Shown: piece by piece, positions 1 through 10,687 of the stretch
Position numbering within the stretch: the stretch's first letter is position 1
Layout: each line of letters opens with the position of its first letter
Assembly (NCBI GenBank): GCA_964035545.1
Contig: CAXIUT010000265.1
Coordinates: 1 to 18,969 of the forward strand
DNA length: 18,969 nt
DNA from: Bugula neritina
Taxonomy: Eukaryota; Animalia; Bryozoa
Direction: 5' to 3'
Notes under the pieces: model-generated
Database searches by the model: none
What the model was told of the DNA's origin: nothing
Seen by the model: the letters and a program-made list of their open reading frames with translations, nothing else
Translations under genes and position numbers: made by a program

Positions 1-63
1 CCCAACCCCAACCCCAACCCCAACCCCAACCCCAACCCCAACCCCAACCCCAACCCCAACCCC
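1..63 (+). repeat. Left telomere (CCCCAA)n
   Basis: Perfect C4A2 hexamer repeats at the start of the window; this is the Tetrahymena-type ciliate telomere. Confidence 0.98.
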
Positions 64-130
64 GAAATCATGAATCATGAAATCATGAATCATGAAATCA
101 TGAATCATGAAATCATGAATCATGAAATCA
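64..130 (+). repeat. Subtelomeric 15-bp tandem repeat (GAAATCATGAATCAT) x ~4.5
   Basis: Direct repeats abutting the telomere; they create the spurious MNHEI ORF. Confidence 0.9.
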
Positions 131-351
131 TTCAAAGACTTCATAAATCCAAACAAGACTATCAATACAAGATTATCTCTATATCGATGCAGGACTATCT
201 CTACATCGATGCAGGACTATTTATGGATAAAAGACTTTTCACTGAATCTGGTCATTGAAAGGTGATAAAGATATTTAGATAAACTGCAAATAGATATTAT
301 ATTTGAAGAGATGATTGAAATAAATAAATTTGATAGAATATTTAAACAAGA

Positions 352-789
352 TCAATGGATAATAGAGTTGATGGAATCTCTTATGAAGACAGAATGCTAT
401 ATTTTACTATTTCTACATAACTTTTTTAATTTATCCTTCCCACTGAAATCTTTAAACCAATCCACATTGATATTCTCTTTAGGCAATGCCACACTTACTG
501 GAGGCAACTTTTGACTATTCAAGAGTTTTGATTTCTTTGATCGATAAAACAACTTAGGTACTGCTTGGTTGCTGTCTACTCTTGACTTTCCTTTGAGTTT
601 ATCTTCACTTGCTGAGCGATGGAATGTAAACATGAGGGGATCTTTATCTGTGTGTTATTGTTTTTGGGAGTAGAGAGAAGACTATCTGTTTTATTTGGGA
701 ATGAAGAAATCAGAGGGAAGTTTGTTGGATAGAACTATTCTTGCTGCTGCTGTATTAAAGCGGCGCTAACTTTGATTCTTCTTTAGCAT
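352..789 (-). CDS. Hypothetical protein (~145 aa)
   Basis: ATG at 789 follows an AT-rich leader and is in frame with track ORF 397-633 when TAA/TAG are read as sense. First in-frame TGA is at 354-352. No homology recognised. Confidence 0.55.
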
Positions 790-981
790 TCTATTATGAT
801 TATAAAGAAGAATTTATTACTAGCTAGATAAAGTAAATTTGTTATTCATTCAGACAATTATAAAACAATCACATACCAACATTCATTTTATTAACCAATC
901 ACTGCTTTATCTTTGTTTTATTTATACTAGTTCAAAATAAATATAATTTCTAAATATGAAAATCACTATCAATGACTTCTA

Positions 982-2331
982 TCATATCATTATAAAAGAT
1001 GGGGTATTTATGGTTTGGGACTAATATTATAAGACATGTGGAGGGTAGAAACATCCCTTGTTGTTGTGTGGTGATAAAGTATGAACTTTTTTATTTGTTT
1101 ATAACTTGAATGACTCTATTATCTCCTCCACTTGATTATTACTATCAATTTTAATCATAATTGTTCCAGGAGGTCTTTATTTTAAGCCTTTTGCTATCTG
1201 AAATGGTAGTATAAAGTAGTTATTATTTGATTATGGAAGTGACAGTAGAGTACTTTTTAACTACTGCATTGAATCGACTGATAAAACATTAATATTTTTA
1301 AATTTTTTAAGTAAGTTTGTTAATTTTATGTTAGATAGGGCTTATACTATCACTGGTACTGTTTTATTTCTAAAATATTATACTAAATTTCTTAACTATT
1401 TTTATGTTTACAGGAAGGGGATGTTTTATTGGCAAAGATTGATGGTTGGATTGATTATTTTATTAAACAAAATGTATTTTTGTTGATTTTGTTGGTTATT
1501 TTATTATATTAATGGCCAATATGGCACTAGAGAGTATCCTGTTTATTTTATTGCCAAATTGATTTGATTATTAGCTTTACCTTTGAGTATTTAATAACTT
1601 TTATATGATTCCAACATATTCTATGCTATGTTTTTGGTCTATTACTGTTTGTTTATGATAATTATATTCTCAAATTTGTTTAGTTGATATTCTTTGTAGA
1701 AGTCGTTGTTCTAGATGAGAACAAGATCATATTTATTGATTTATTTCAAAGATTTTATGATACTAGCAGGCATATCTCTTCCTTCCTTCTTCATCAACTA
1801 CACATTTTTATTAGTCATATCTTAATATTCCCCACCGCCCCTAACCAAAACATCCAACGATCCTTTTGATTAACCTCCTCTCCCAACCAAGTAGTATCCT
1901 ACTGCTATTGTCAACATATTTACTCCTACATTTTCGTCAGGAATGATCAATACCTTCATATATGGACTAACCACACTTTATAGATAAGTGACTAGTGCTG
2001 GATATAAGATGCCTAGAGCTCTGACCATTTTAGTTTGGTAGGTGTTTTTATTTTTGCTAACTAGAACTTTCAAATGTGGATGTGTGGTTTGTATGTAGGT
2101 GTAGTTGGGATCTGAGTTGTCAAGGATGAGGTGTGAAGTTTAGTGTTTGAGGAAGATGTTTAGTGCTAAAGCAAATATCAATCCTATGATGACTGCTCCT
2201 ATGATTAAAATTCTGATGAGTTGTTTGTTTTTTTGTTATTTTCTTTGTTTTTTCCATTGAATGTCAAGATCTGAAAGCTAGTCAGTATTATGTTCGTCTG
2301 TAAATATTTTGAAATCTTTCTTTTTTGACAT
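982..2331 (-). CDS. Hypothetical single-pass (type II-like) membrane protein, 449 aa
   Basis: TGA-free frame from ATG 2331 to TGA 984-982. A basic N-terminus precedes the hydrophobic segment LIRILIIGAVIIGLIFALAL. No introns are needed. Confidence 0.75.
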
Positions 2332-2380
2332 ACTTATATTATTATTATAAAATTATAAAAAAAGAACTTAGAATACCTCA

Positions 2381-2438
2381 TTGATTAGTTAATTGATTGA
2401 TTGATTGATTGGTTAATTGATTGGTTAATTGATTGATT
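2381..2438. repeat. Degenerate (ATTG)n / TTAATTGATTGG simple repeat in intergenic or 3' UTR sequence
   Basis: ttgattagttaattgattgattgattgattggttaattgattggttaattgattgatt. Confidence 0.6.
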
Positions 2439-2459
2439 ATAATTACGGATGAATGAGAA

Positions 2460-3747
2460 TCACTGGTTGGTTGTGGTTGTGGTTGTTTTGACTGTTTTTG
2501 TAGTTGTAGTTGTTCCTGGTAGAGTTGTTGTGGTTGTTGATGTTGATGGCTGAGTCACAGTTGTTGTGCTTGGTTGAGTCACAGTTGTTGTCGTTGGTTG
2601 AGTTACTCCTGAAACAGTTGAAACTGGAGCTGTGTTGACTATTGGAACTGAAGCTGGTTGGACATTTGTGTTTGTTGTTGTTGCTGTTGTTGATGAGGGT
2701 ACAGTTGTTGGTTGAACTTCCACTGGTTGAATAGATGCTGGAGTCACACTCACTCCTGTAGTACCTGATGGAGTAGTAGTGGTAGTAGTTGATGTAGTTG
2801 AGGTAGTTGAGGTGGGTTGAGTTGTAGTGGTTGTTCCTGAAACTGGCACAGTGTTAGTATTAGTTGTTGATGTAGTAGTACCTGAAACTGGAACAGTATT
2901 AGTATTAGTAGTGGTTTCAGTTGTTGATGTAGTTGTTCCTGATACTGGTACAGTGTTGGTTGTCTCAGTGGTCGATGTAGTTGTTCCTGACACTGGGACA
3001 GTGTTTGTGTTAGTGTTAGTGTTGGTGTTGGTGTTTGTATTAGTAGTCTAAGTGGTTGAGGTGGTTGAAGTGGTGGAAGTGGTTGCTTCAGCAGCTGGAA
3101 CGCTAGCTGAAACATTAGCATTGGCATCAGCATCAACATTATTATTAATTCCTCCGATAACACCTAATCCCCAAAGTAATCCAAGAGTTAATAGGGCTAA
3201 TCCCAATAATCCGATTAATCCCCACACCCATTTGGGACAATGATCTTAAGCTGAGGCTTTAGCTGGTGCACTATATGAAGTATGAGCAACAGCTGGTTCA
3301 TGCACTGTAGTTCTTACTGGTTCTTGAGTTTTGACTGGTTCAACATAGGAAGTATGGACTGGTTCATGTCGTAATGATGAAGTTCTGACCTGCTTGACTT
3401 ATTAGTAAACTGGTTGAGGAGGTGGAACAGCCACTGGTTGTTACACTCTGAAATTAATAGATTATCTACCTATATGCATTGGAACTGGAAACAGCTTGAG
3501 TGGCATTACCGTGATTGAAACTGACTCTTGGAGGAGGAGCGTAAGAGGAAGAGGCTACATTATGAGTAGTGGAGGTGTATGCGGCTGGCGATGTGGACGT
3601 GTTGTAGGTGTTGTAGGAGGGTGAGGTGGTGGTGACGAAGGAGGGAGATGCGGCTTGGTAGTTGGATGATAGACTGTAATAGATGATGGTTTACGGTTGT
3701 CCGTATGAGGATTAGTTGTGGTTGAATCGAATTGATTGGTTGGCCAT
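2460..3747 (-). CDS. Thr-rich mucin-like single-pass membrane protein, 421 aa; join(3747..3470, 3447..2460)
   Basis: ATG at 3747. One 22-nt intron (GTAGATAATCTATTAATTTCAG, 3469-3448) restores the frame into track ORF 2460-2993. TM segment WVWGLIGLLGLALLTLGLLWGLGVIGG is followed by VPVSGTTTSTT repeats. TGA at 2462-2460. Confidence 0.85.
3448..3469 (-). other. 22-nt spliceosomal intron (GT-AG)
   Basis: GTAG...TTTCAG; its removal is required to keep the reading frame. Confidence 0.85.
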
Positions 3748-4090
3748 TGCTTTTCGAATAAATGAATAAAATATATTCAACTCAAATAAAGTCAAATTTA
3801 AAACTCTATCCAGTACTCATATCAAGAACCTTATTTTTAACATGATATATCTTCCAACTTCCTCTCTTGCTTATCACATTAACAACAAATATCACAATCA
3901 TTTGAAACAGCAAAGGCATTGATATCATAATCTCTAATGAATAAATTAAAAGCAGTTTAATGATTAGAAATAAACTATTTTTAATTTAATAATATTAATA
4001 TCATTTGAGTAGAGCTTTATATCTTTGACTAATTTATTAGTTTTAACTATTTGATTAATATCTTTGACTAATTTTAATTATAATTCAACA

Positions 4091-6229
4091 ATGATCGATT
4101 TGCACAACGAAATAGACTTCTCAAAGTAAAACCAATAAAACAACTAATACAAACATTTTTTAATCGAAGCTTGTAGAAAAGTAGAACAATAAGAAATATA
4201 ACATCTTAGAAAAATAAAAAAACCATAACTCGATGATTAACTTATGAACCAGTTTGTTGTTACTGGCATCCCAGTTGTAAAAAAATAAAAACAAGAACAA
4301 TTTGTTCACCTTTTCACCAACAAGCTGCTAGGCGCTAGAAATATAGGATAAAAAAATGGATTAATCAACTTGAATATGGGACTATAAAACAACATTGGCA
4401 ATCAAACTCTATATCTTACCTATCTAACTATAGCATAGGCTAAGGCAGCATTTAACAAACTGAATCATCTGAAATTTGATGCCAACCACAAAATGAGCTG
4501 CATCTGGGCCAATGATATTCGAACAATGATCGAAGAGGACTAGCCCTTAGATGTCTAGTTCAAGAAACCTGTCTTAGGAACTAATGAAGAAAAAAAGGAG
4601 CATAACTTGGATTAGTAGTTTCGAGGGCAGTTTTTAGTTAGAGAAGATAAGATGTTGTACTTGCAGTGGTTGGATCATCTGGATAAAAGCTCTAAAAGCG
4701 TTTTCAACTAAGAATACATTCAGTTGGGCTATTCTATTAGTAAGATGGTGTTTTCTCCAAGAGGAAGTTACTTGGCTGTCTGTTGTCAAGAGGGCACGCA
4801 TGTATACTATGGAAATGGACTGAAGTATAAGGGTTTATTGAAGCAGGTTAATGTAATTGATGCCAAGTTTTCTTATGATGAGAGGTATTTGGTGACATCT
4901 AACGGGAATAATAAAAAAAACAGATAAAATTTTATTTTGTGGGCTTTATAGGAATAAGTTAAAATAAAAAGTTTTAGAGCACACGGCAATCAATCTCTAT
5001 CATCATTTTAATTTTCATAAGATGGTCTTAATTTGGTTATTTCATCATTGAATGAGTTAAATTTTTATCAACTGTCAAGTGTTTAAAATTTGATAAAGCA
5101 AATAAGAGCGCCAGAGGAGTAGCAGCATATAATCAGGGCCAATTTTGTGCAGAAGACAGCTTGGTTGAAGAACAAGAATGAGATCATAGTGATGTGTTAC
5201 GAGCCTGATTACAATCCGATGAGTGCGTCGGCAACTCGCATATTTATATATAATGTTGAGAAGAGGACAGAGAAGAAGTGGAGGGCTTGGGGAGAACATG
5301 CTAAGAATGGGGAGATTTATGTGTCTGAGAAGGGGGAGTGGGTGGCGATATCTTTGAGAAAGTTTGTGAAGAAGGGACATTTTGCTACTGTTATTCAGAT
5401 AGGTAATTTGCTAAAGAGATAATAAACTTTATAGATAAGCAGTCTATAGTTGAAATAGGATGTCGGAAATATAAGTTTTGATGCGATTAACAATCGTTTG
5501 GGAGTGATTTATAAAGATTAGAGCGTGAAGATGATCAATGTGCGATATATAGTGTCTTTTTACGAGTTGTCGATAAGGAATAAATCGATAGAAATAGTGA
5601 AGATAGGAGAGATAGGTAACAATTTACAGAATCGAGTGGCATTGGCCAGTAATGGGGCCTTTTTTGCTTTATATAATATAACTTAAGAGAGTGCAGAGAG
5701 GGGAAGGTTTTCTTTGGGAATGATTACTAAAGAAGTAAAAGAAAAAGGAAAAAAAGTTATACATTTTTAGTTCACTAAACAAAATCTAATGGTTAATGGA
5801 ATGATCTTTTTCCATGTGTAAACATCAGGTAGATTTATACTACTGGGAACATAAAAAGGATATCAAGTTTGGAATTTCATCGGATAAATTGTCACCAAAG
5901 ACACTCTTCAAAAAAATATACGAGACGTACAATGGAGACCCAGAATGTTCAATCGATTGCCAGAACCAGAAGAAAAAGCAATGCACTAACAATAAAAAAA
6001 AATAAGATAAATTTATGCAATTAAAGATTATTAAATGACCCATGCTAACTAAGTTTAAGCTGCAAGGAGGAAACAGAAACGTAAGTAAGATTTTTTGATC
6101 TTTGTTGAAGAGAAAGAAAAATGGTTTAAAGGATTTGTAGAAAGGAGAGAGAAAATACTTGGATTTAAAGAGTTTTAAGTCAAGAAAGATAAGTATGTGG
6201 TCGAATAAGGATTTATCGATCTTTTGTGA
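4091..6229 (+). CDS. EIF3B: Eukaryotic translation initiation factor 3 subunit B (eIF3b/Prt1)-like, 712 aa
   Basis: Single frame from ATG 4091 to TGA 6227-6229 with TAR as sense. N-terminal RRM-like FVVTGIPVV, beta-propeller motifs FSPRGSYLAV and TSGRFILLG..GYQVWNFIG, and the C-terminal QWRPR motif typical of eIF3b. Confidence 0.85.
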
Positions 6230-7061
6230 TTCATTATTCTCATTAGTAACATCGAAATACTTCTTACTAATCATCATTATCATTAATCACAACTCATTAT
6301 TTAATTTTTTATTATGTTTATGGATCTTTAAACAGTTCAATAGACTAAAGTATTGACAATATTTAATTAATGATAAATTATTTTATCTTTCAAATTTAAT
6401 AAAACGGATGTTTTAGTATTCAATCTCTTCAACAATGTTCATTTTAACTACTGATATATTATTGATAGGTCTAGATAGGTCTTGTCTGTAAGAGTTTATA
6501 CTTCTTACGATATAATTCTTAATAATTCTTTTTATATTTTCATATTTGGGAAGGTTTATCTCTATCCAGATAATTATTGATCTTTAATCTAGCTTATAAT
6601 ACCTTGCTCATTTCAATCTACAACATCAAATTTGAAAGTATCTCGATTTATTAGGCATTTAGCTGCAGGGCAAGAGAGTATTCAGAGATATTGATTGATG
6701 GACTTGGTTAGGAAAGGGCATTAAATTAAATCAAATCTATACCAAAAGCTCTAGACAAGTCAAAATTGCACATAGTTATGATGATAAGTACTTATTCTCT
6801 TATTTTTCGATGATACTTATCTTTTCAATATTAAACAGTATTAAATTTTTGAGTTATTTTTCTAGAGCTTGGATAACAATGAGTTCAGAGTGTTTTGAAG
6901 TAAAGAGTAAAGTAAAATAAAGGTGTTTCATAAGATTGGTAGACTGTTTTTTTCTTCAAAGATTTTGAGCAATGAATCTATCAAAATATATAAATATATT
7001 GGTTTGATTTTTATTGAAAAGATAAATATTGTATGAATAAAATAATGAGATGATTTGATGA

Positions 7062-7988
7062 TCACTTTTGGGGAATAACGGCCATGTTGCAGATTCCGCA
7101 AGTTGATTTTCCACCAACAAGTCTAATGAATCCCTTTTCTCCCCAAGTAGCTCCCCAAGAGTTCTTGACCCACCAGTTGTCAGAGCTGACACCAACGAGG
7201 GTAACTCCGTGGTTAAGTCTGGTTCCGCAGTTGCTGAAAACTCCGGATTTGTAAGCTGACCAGTTGGAAGCATCAACAGCAACTGAGACGGGTTGGTTAG
7301 CAATTGAACTTGCCAATTTGTCGCAGCTCTTTATTTCAGTGTATCCTGAAACTTTGTAAGGTCCAGAATCCATCTTGCATGCTTGCTTGACAGCTTTGTA
7401 GGGGTAGTCATCTTCATGGACAATTCCCTTATCTTTAACGTATTTCAAAGCGTTGGTCATAAGACCTCCATTGCAGGCTTGGTTTCCGTATGATCCAGAG
7501 CAATCAACCAATTGGGATTCGGAGAAGCTTTCCAAAGATCCACCGTTAAGCTTGGAAAGACCTTCGAGACCTCCAGTGGTGGAGAAAGCCCAGCATGATC
7601 CGCATTGTCCTTGATTCTTGACTGGAGTGACGGCACCTTGAGAAACCCAATCAATATCGTTCATTTTAGCGCTTCCGGCATCAACGTTGCTGGCTTCACC
7701 GATGAATCCGAGGTATTGTGAAGAGAATTCTTCTTGAGTAAGGGCAGAGAACTGGTTAAGTCCTTGTTCGTAAGTTTGGGTCTTGTCGGCATTGTGAGCT
7801 TCGATTTTGGCGAAGTTTTCAAGGAAGACTCTTTCTCTGTAGGCATTTTCGAAGGTGGAGGTGTAGACAATTCCATGTCTGGCTTTCCAAGCATCGAACT
7901 CTGAGACTTTGTTGGAAGTCTGAGTGTTGAGGAGGAGGGCTGCAGCGCTGATAAAAGCGATGATGACAGCTAGTTGCTTTCCGTTCAT
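7062..7988 (-). CDS. Papain-family (C1A) cathepsin L-like cysteine protease precursor, 308 aa
   Basis: Signal peptide; I29-type prodomain (ERFNIN-like ENAYRERVFLENFAKIEAHN and GLNQF); catalytic motifs QGQCGSCWAF, NHGV and KNSWG. Confidence 0.97.
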   Translation of the reverse strand: MNGKQLAVIIAFISAAALLLNTQTSNKVSEFDAWKARHGIVYTSTFENAYRERVFLENFAKIEAHNADKTQTYEQGLNQFSALTQEEFSSQYLGFIGEASNVDAGSAKMNDIDWVSQGAVTPVKNQGQCGSCWAFSTTGGLEGLSKLNGGSLESFSESQLVDCSGSYGNQACNGGLMTNALKYVKDKGIVHEDDYPYKAVKQACKMDSGPYKVSGYTEIKSCDKLASSIANQPVSVAVDASNWSAYKSGVFSNCGTRLNHGVTLVGVSSDNWWVKNSWGATWGEKGFIRLVGGKSTCGICNMAVIPQK

Positions 7989-8616
7989 ATGAAATAAATG
8001 TTATCTCCCATAAATCAATGGTGCACATATATCTTGGAAGTAGGATTTTTTATTAATCTAGAATTTCAACTTATAAGTTAAAAATATTCAAATATCAATA
8101 TAATAAGCTTCCAGAAATTGATTCATTGAAACGCTAAAAAATCAATCTAACGACTTTAGTAGGTCTTTATAGTATTTTGGGTATTTATTTTTTATTTTGG
8201 AAACAAACTCTTCATAGAATAAGAAAATTTAACGGAAAGCTGAGAAGAATGAAACAATATTATTTAAAAACTTTCTTTAAAAACTTCTTTTTGATCATTG
8301 AAAAATTCAAAAGAGATAAGATAAAAAGTCGAAAAAAGATCTTGATCATATCGTTATGATTCGCAAGATGAGAAAGCTTATACTTCAAGTGAATTCATTG
8401 AAATAACAATCAAATATAACAATTATAGACTGATAAAATGTTCTTATTTTGTTTATTTGCTAATTTTTATTCAGTTTCTTTTCCATAAAAAAAGTTTACA
8501 AGAAAAGATTTTTTTCTTATGTTCAAATAATTGACTACTTATAAATAGATGATTAATTATCTTGATAAAATAAAAATCAATGATATTTTTTGATATATAT
8601 ATTGATCTCTTATAAT

Positions 8617-8695
8617 GGTTGGGGTTGGGGTTGGGGTTGGGGTTGGGGTTGGGGTTGGGGTTGGGGTTGGGGTTGGGGTTGGGGTTGGGGTTGGG
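8617..8695 (+). repeat. Internal telomere tract (GGGGTT)n, the right end of the 1-8695 mini-chromosome
   Basis: About 13 G4T2 repeats oriented as a right-hand telomere. Confidence 0.95.
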
Positions 8696-10432
8696 AATAG
8701 GGCGACAAAAAAATCACAATATTAGATGCCTTAATGTTTTAAAACAACCTAAGAAGTACTTTAGCATCCAGACTGGAAATAATATCGAACAGCAGAAGGA
8801 AAGAAATTTTACTATAATGCTATTACAAGAAAGTCATGCTGGCAACTACCCAATGAAGTCAAAGAATATCGAATTAAATTATAATAGAAGAGAAGGAAAG
8901 ATCGAGAATAGGGACGTGTTATAGAGTAGTAAGTATTATCTGAAGCTGAAGTTATTAGAAGGAAGCTGATGGCTTTGTTCAAGCAGAAACTTATTGGAGT
9001 GAATACAAAGTGGGATGCCTGTATGAAATTGTGTGAGGATGATGATAGATGGAAATTATTAAAGATAAGTGAAAAGAAGAAGCATTTTATTGATTATATA
9101 AATGAGTTGAAGAAGATAGGTGAGAAGTAGAAAAAGGCTAAAACTGAAGTGAATAAAATTCAATTTTTGAAGATGTTGAAATAGAATAAAAAATTGACTT
9201 CTGATTGCAAGATGCATAAAGTAGCTTATGATTTCATAGCAGATCCAAGATGGAGATTGCTTGATGATCATTAACGAGAAAATACATTTCAAAATTATAT
9301 GGATTAGTTACTTCAAAATTAAAAATAATAGGCCAATAAAGTCAAAAGATAAAATAGTTAAGCTTTCAGATTGATACTTTAAAAGGATAATATTAAGCAT
9401 AATTCAAGATGGGCAGATATCAGTAATTTCTATAAAGAAGAACCATCTTTTAAAGCTTTGCATCCTTATGATAGAATAAGTACCTTTTTGGATTATATTT
9501 TTTAATGCTAAAAACGATGGGAATAAGAACAAGCTAAAGAACGTAGATTACGTGAAAGAGTGAATCGAATTAACTATCGTAATCTTTTAAAATAAAAAAT
9601 ATCTACTGGAGATTTAAGTTACAAATCAAAATGGCGTGATTTTTTAGGAGATTTTAGAAATTAAAGAGCATTGATAGCCATGATGGACTCTTCTCAATTA
9701 GGTACCTCAGCACATTAAATATTTGAACATTTTATGTAAGATGTCCGTGAGAAGCATAAATTGATAAAAAGTTTAATAAAGCATCATTTTAAGAAAGTTA
9801 GCTTCAAAATGACTGAAACAGTTACAAGATAAGAGTTTATTTAAAAATTAAAAGATATGCCTTAGTACGTTTAACTTCCTGAACATATTAAAAATTATTT
9901 TTTTAACTATTTTTTGATGAAAATAAAAAATAAAAAATAGAATAAACAAGCTAGTGCTAAGAAGTCTTCTAAAAAGGAAAGAAAAATTATATTTAGAATT
10001 TTTTAACATCTACAAATCAAAGGATAACTTAAAAATAAGTATAGTATCGAAAGTCAAATGGATTATATTGAAAAAAATATGAAAGAAAGTGGCTTTTCAG
10101 TGACTCCTTAAACCATTTTTAAATATTATTTAGCTTTTCTTGAAAGTAATTAACAAGGTAGTAATCGAAAAGGATCAAAATAAAGATCTTCTGATAGTTC
10201 GAAAGAAGGAAAGTCTCGACATAAAAAGAGACATAAAGTCTAGGAGATAGAAGATACTAATGAATTGGCATCTTCTTTAAGAAAATTTACGATACCCTAG
10301 TTAGCTGAACTGAAGAAGCAGCAAATGAATTAATGCTAGGAGTAAGGAGAGATAAAAGATGATTCTGATGAAGTTAAAAAGAAAGTTAAGCATAAAAAGA
10401 AGAAGAGAAGTTCATCAAGTGATTCAGATTGA
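8696..10432 (+). CDS. PRP40: Prp40/PRPF40-like U1 snRNP-associated splicing factor (WW + FF domains), 5'-truncated
   Basis: The frame starts mid-WW1 (NRATKKSQYEMPE). WW2 is [26 protein letters not shown]. FF repeats include DDRWKLL, DPRWRLLDDHERENTF and GTSAHEIFEHF. The tail is K/S/E-rich with EEEGEI. TGA at 10430-10432. Confidence 0.9.
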
Positions 10433-10494
10433 TTAAAATTATGAAATATTTACTTAAATAAATATATAATTTTAAATATAATGACATAATCTTG

Positions 10495-10687
10495 ATAAAT
10501 ATAAAAGTAATAGGATACAAAATCACAAAGAAATTAGATGATGGTTAGGATTGTGAGAAGATCAGAAGATTCTAAGTTGAATATTCAATACGACTGAATC
10601 GTTGATTGAGTACTCATGCGTCTTCTAAAGATGACTTAGTTCGTACGCTAAGGTTATTTCATAGTATACTTCTAAGGTTATATGAGA
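10495..10687. repeat. Outer inverted repeat, left arm (shared 3' end of the micro-exon genes)
   Basis: Reverse complement of ~16026-16216 with only a few substitutions or indels. Confidence 0.9.

Noticed and set aside
70-258. MNHEI-repeat ORF
   Set aside because: This is a translation of the 15-bp subtelomeric repeat.
5840-6283. Track ORFs antisense to, or out of frame with, eIF3b, the cathepsin and the mucin gene
   Set aside because: These are shadow ORFs of real genes. The standard-code track is not valid for this organism.
6360-6950. Possible minus-strand gene or pseudogene between eIF3b and the cathepsin
   Set aside because: The most protein-like frame has several in-frame TGA codons and no recognisable homology, so it cannot be supported.
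8619-8924. ORF starting MGLGLGLG
   Set aside because: This is a translation of the telomere tract and is out of frame with the real PRP40 CDS.
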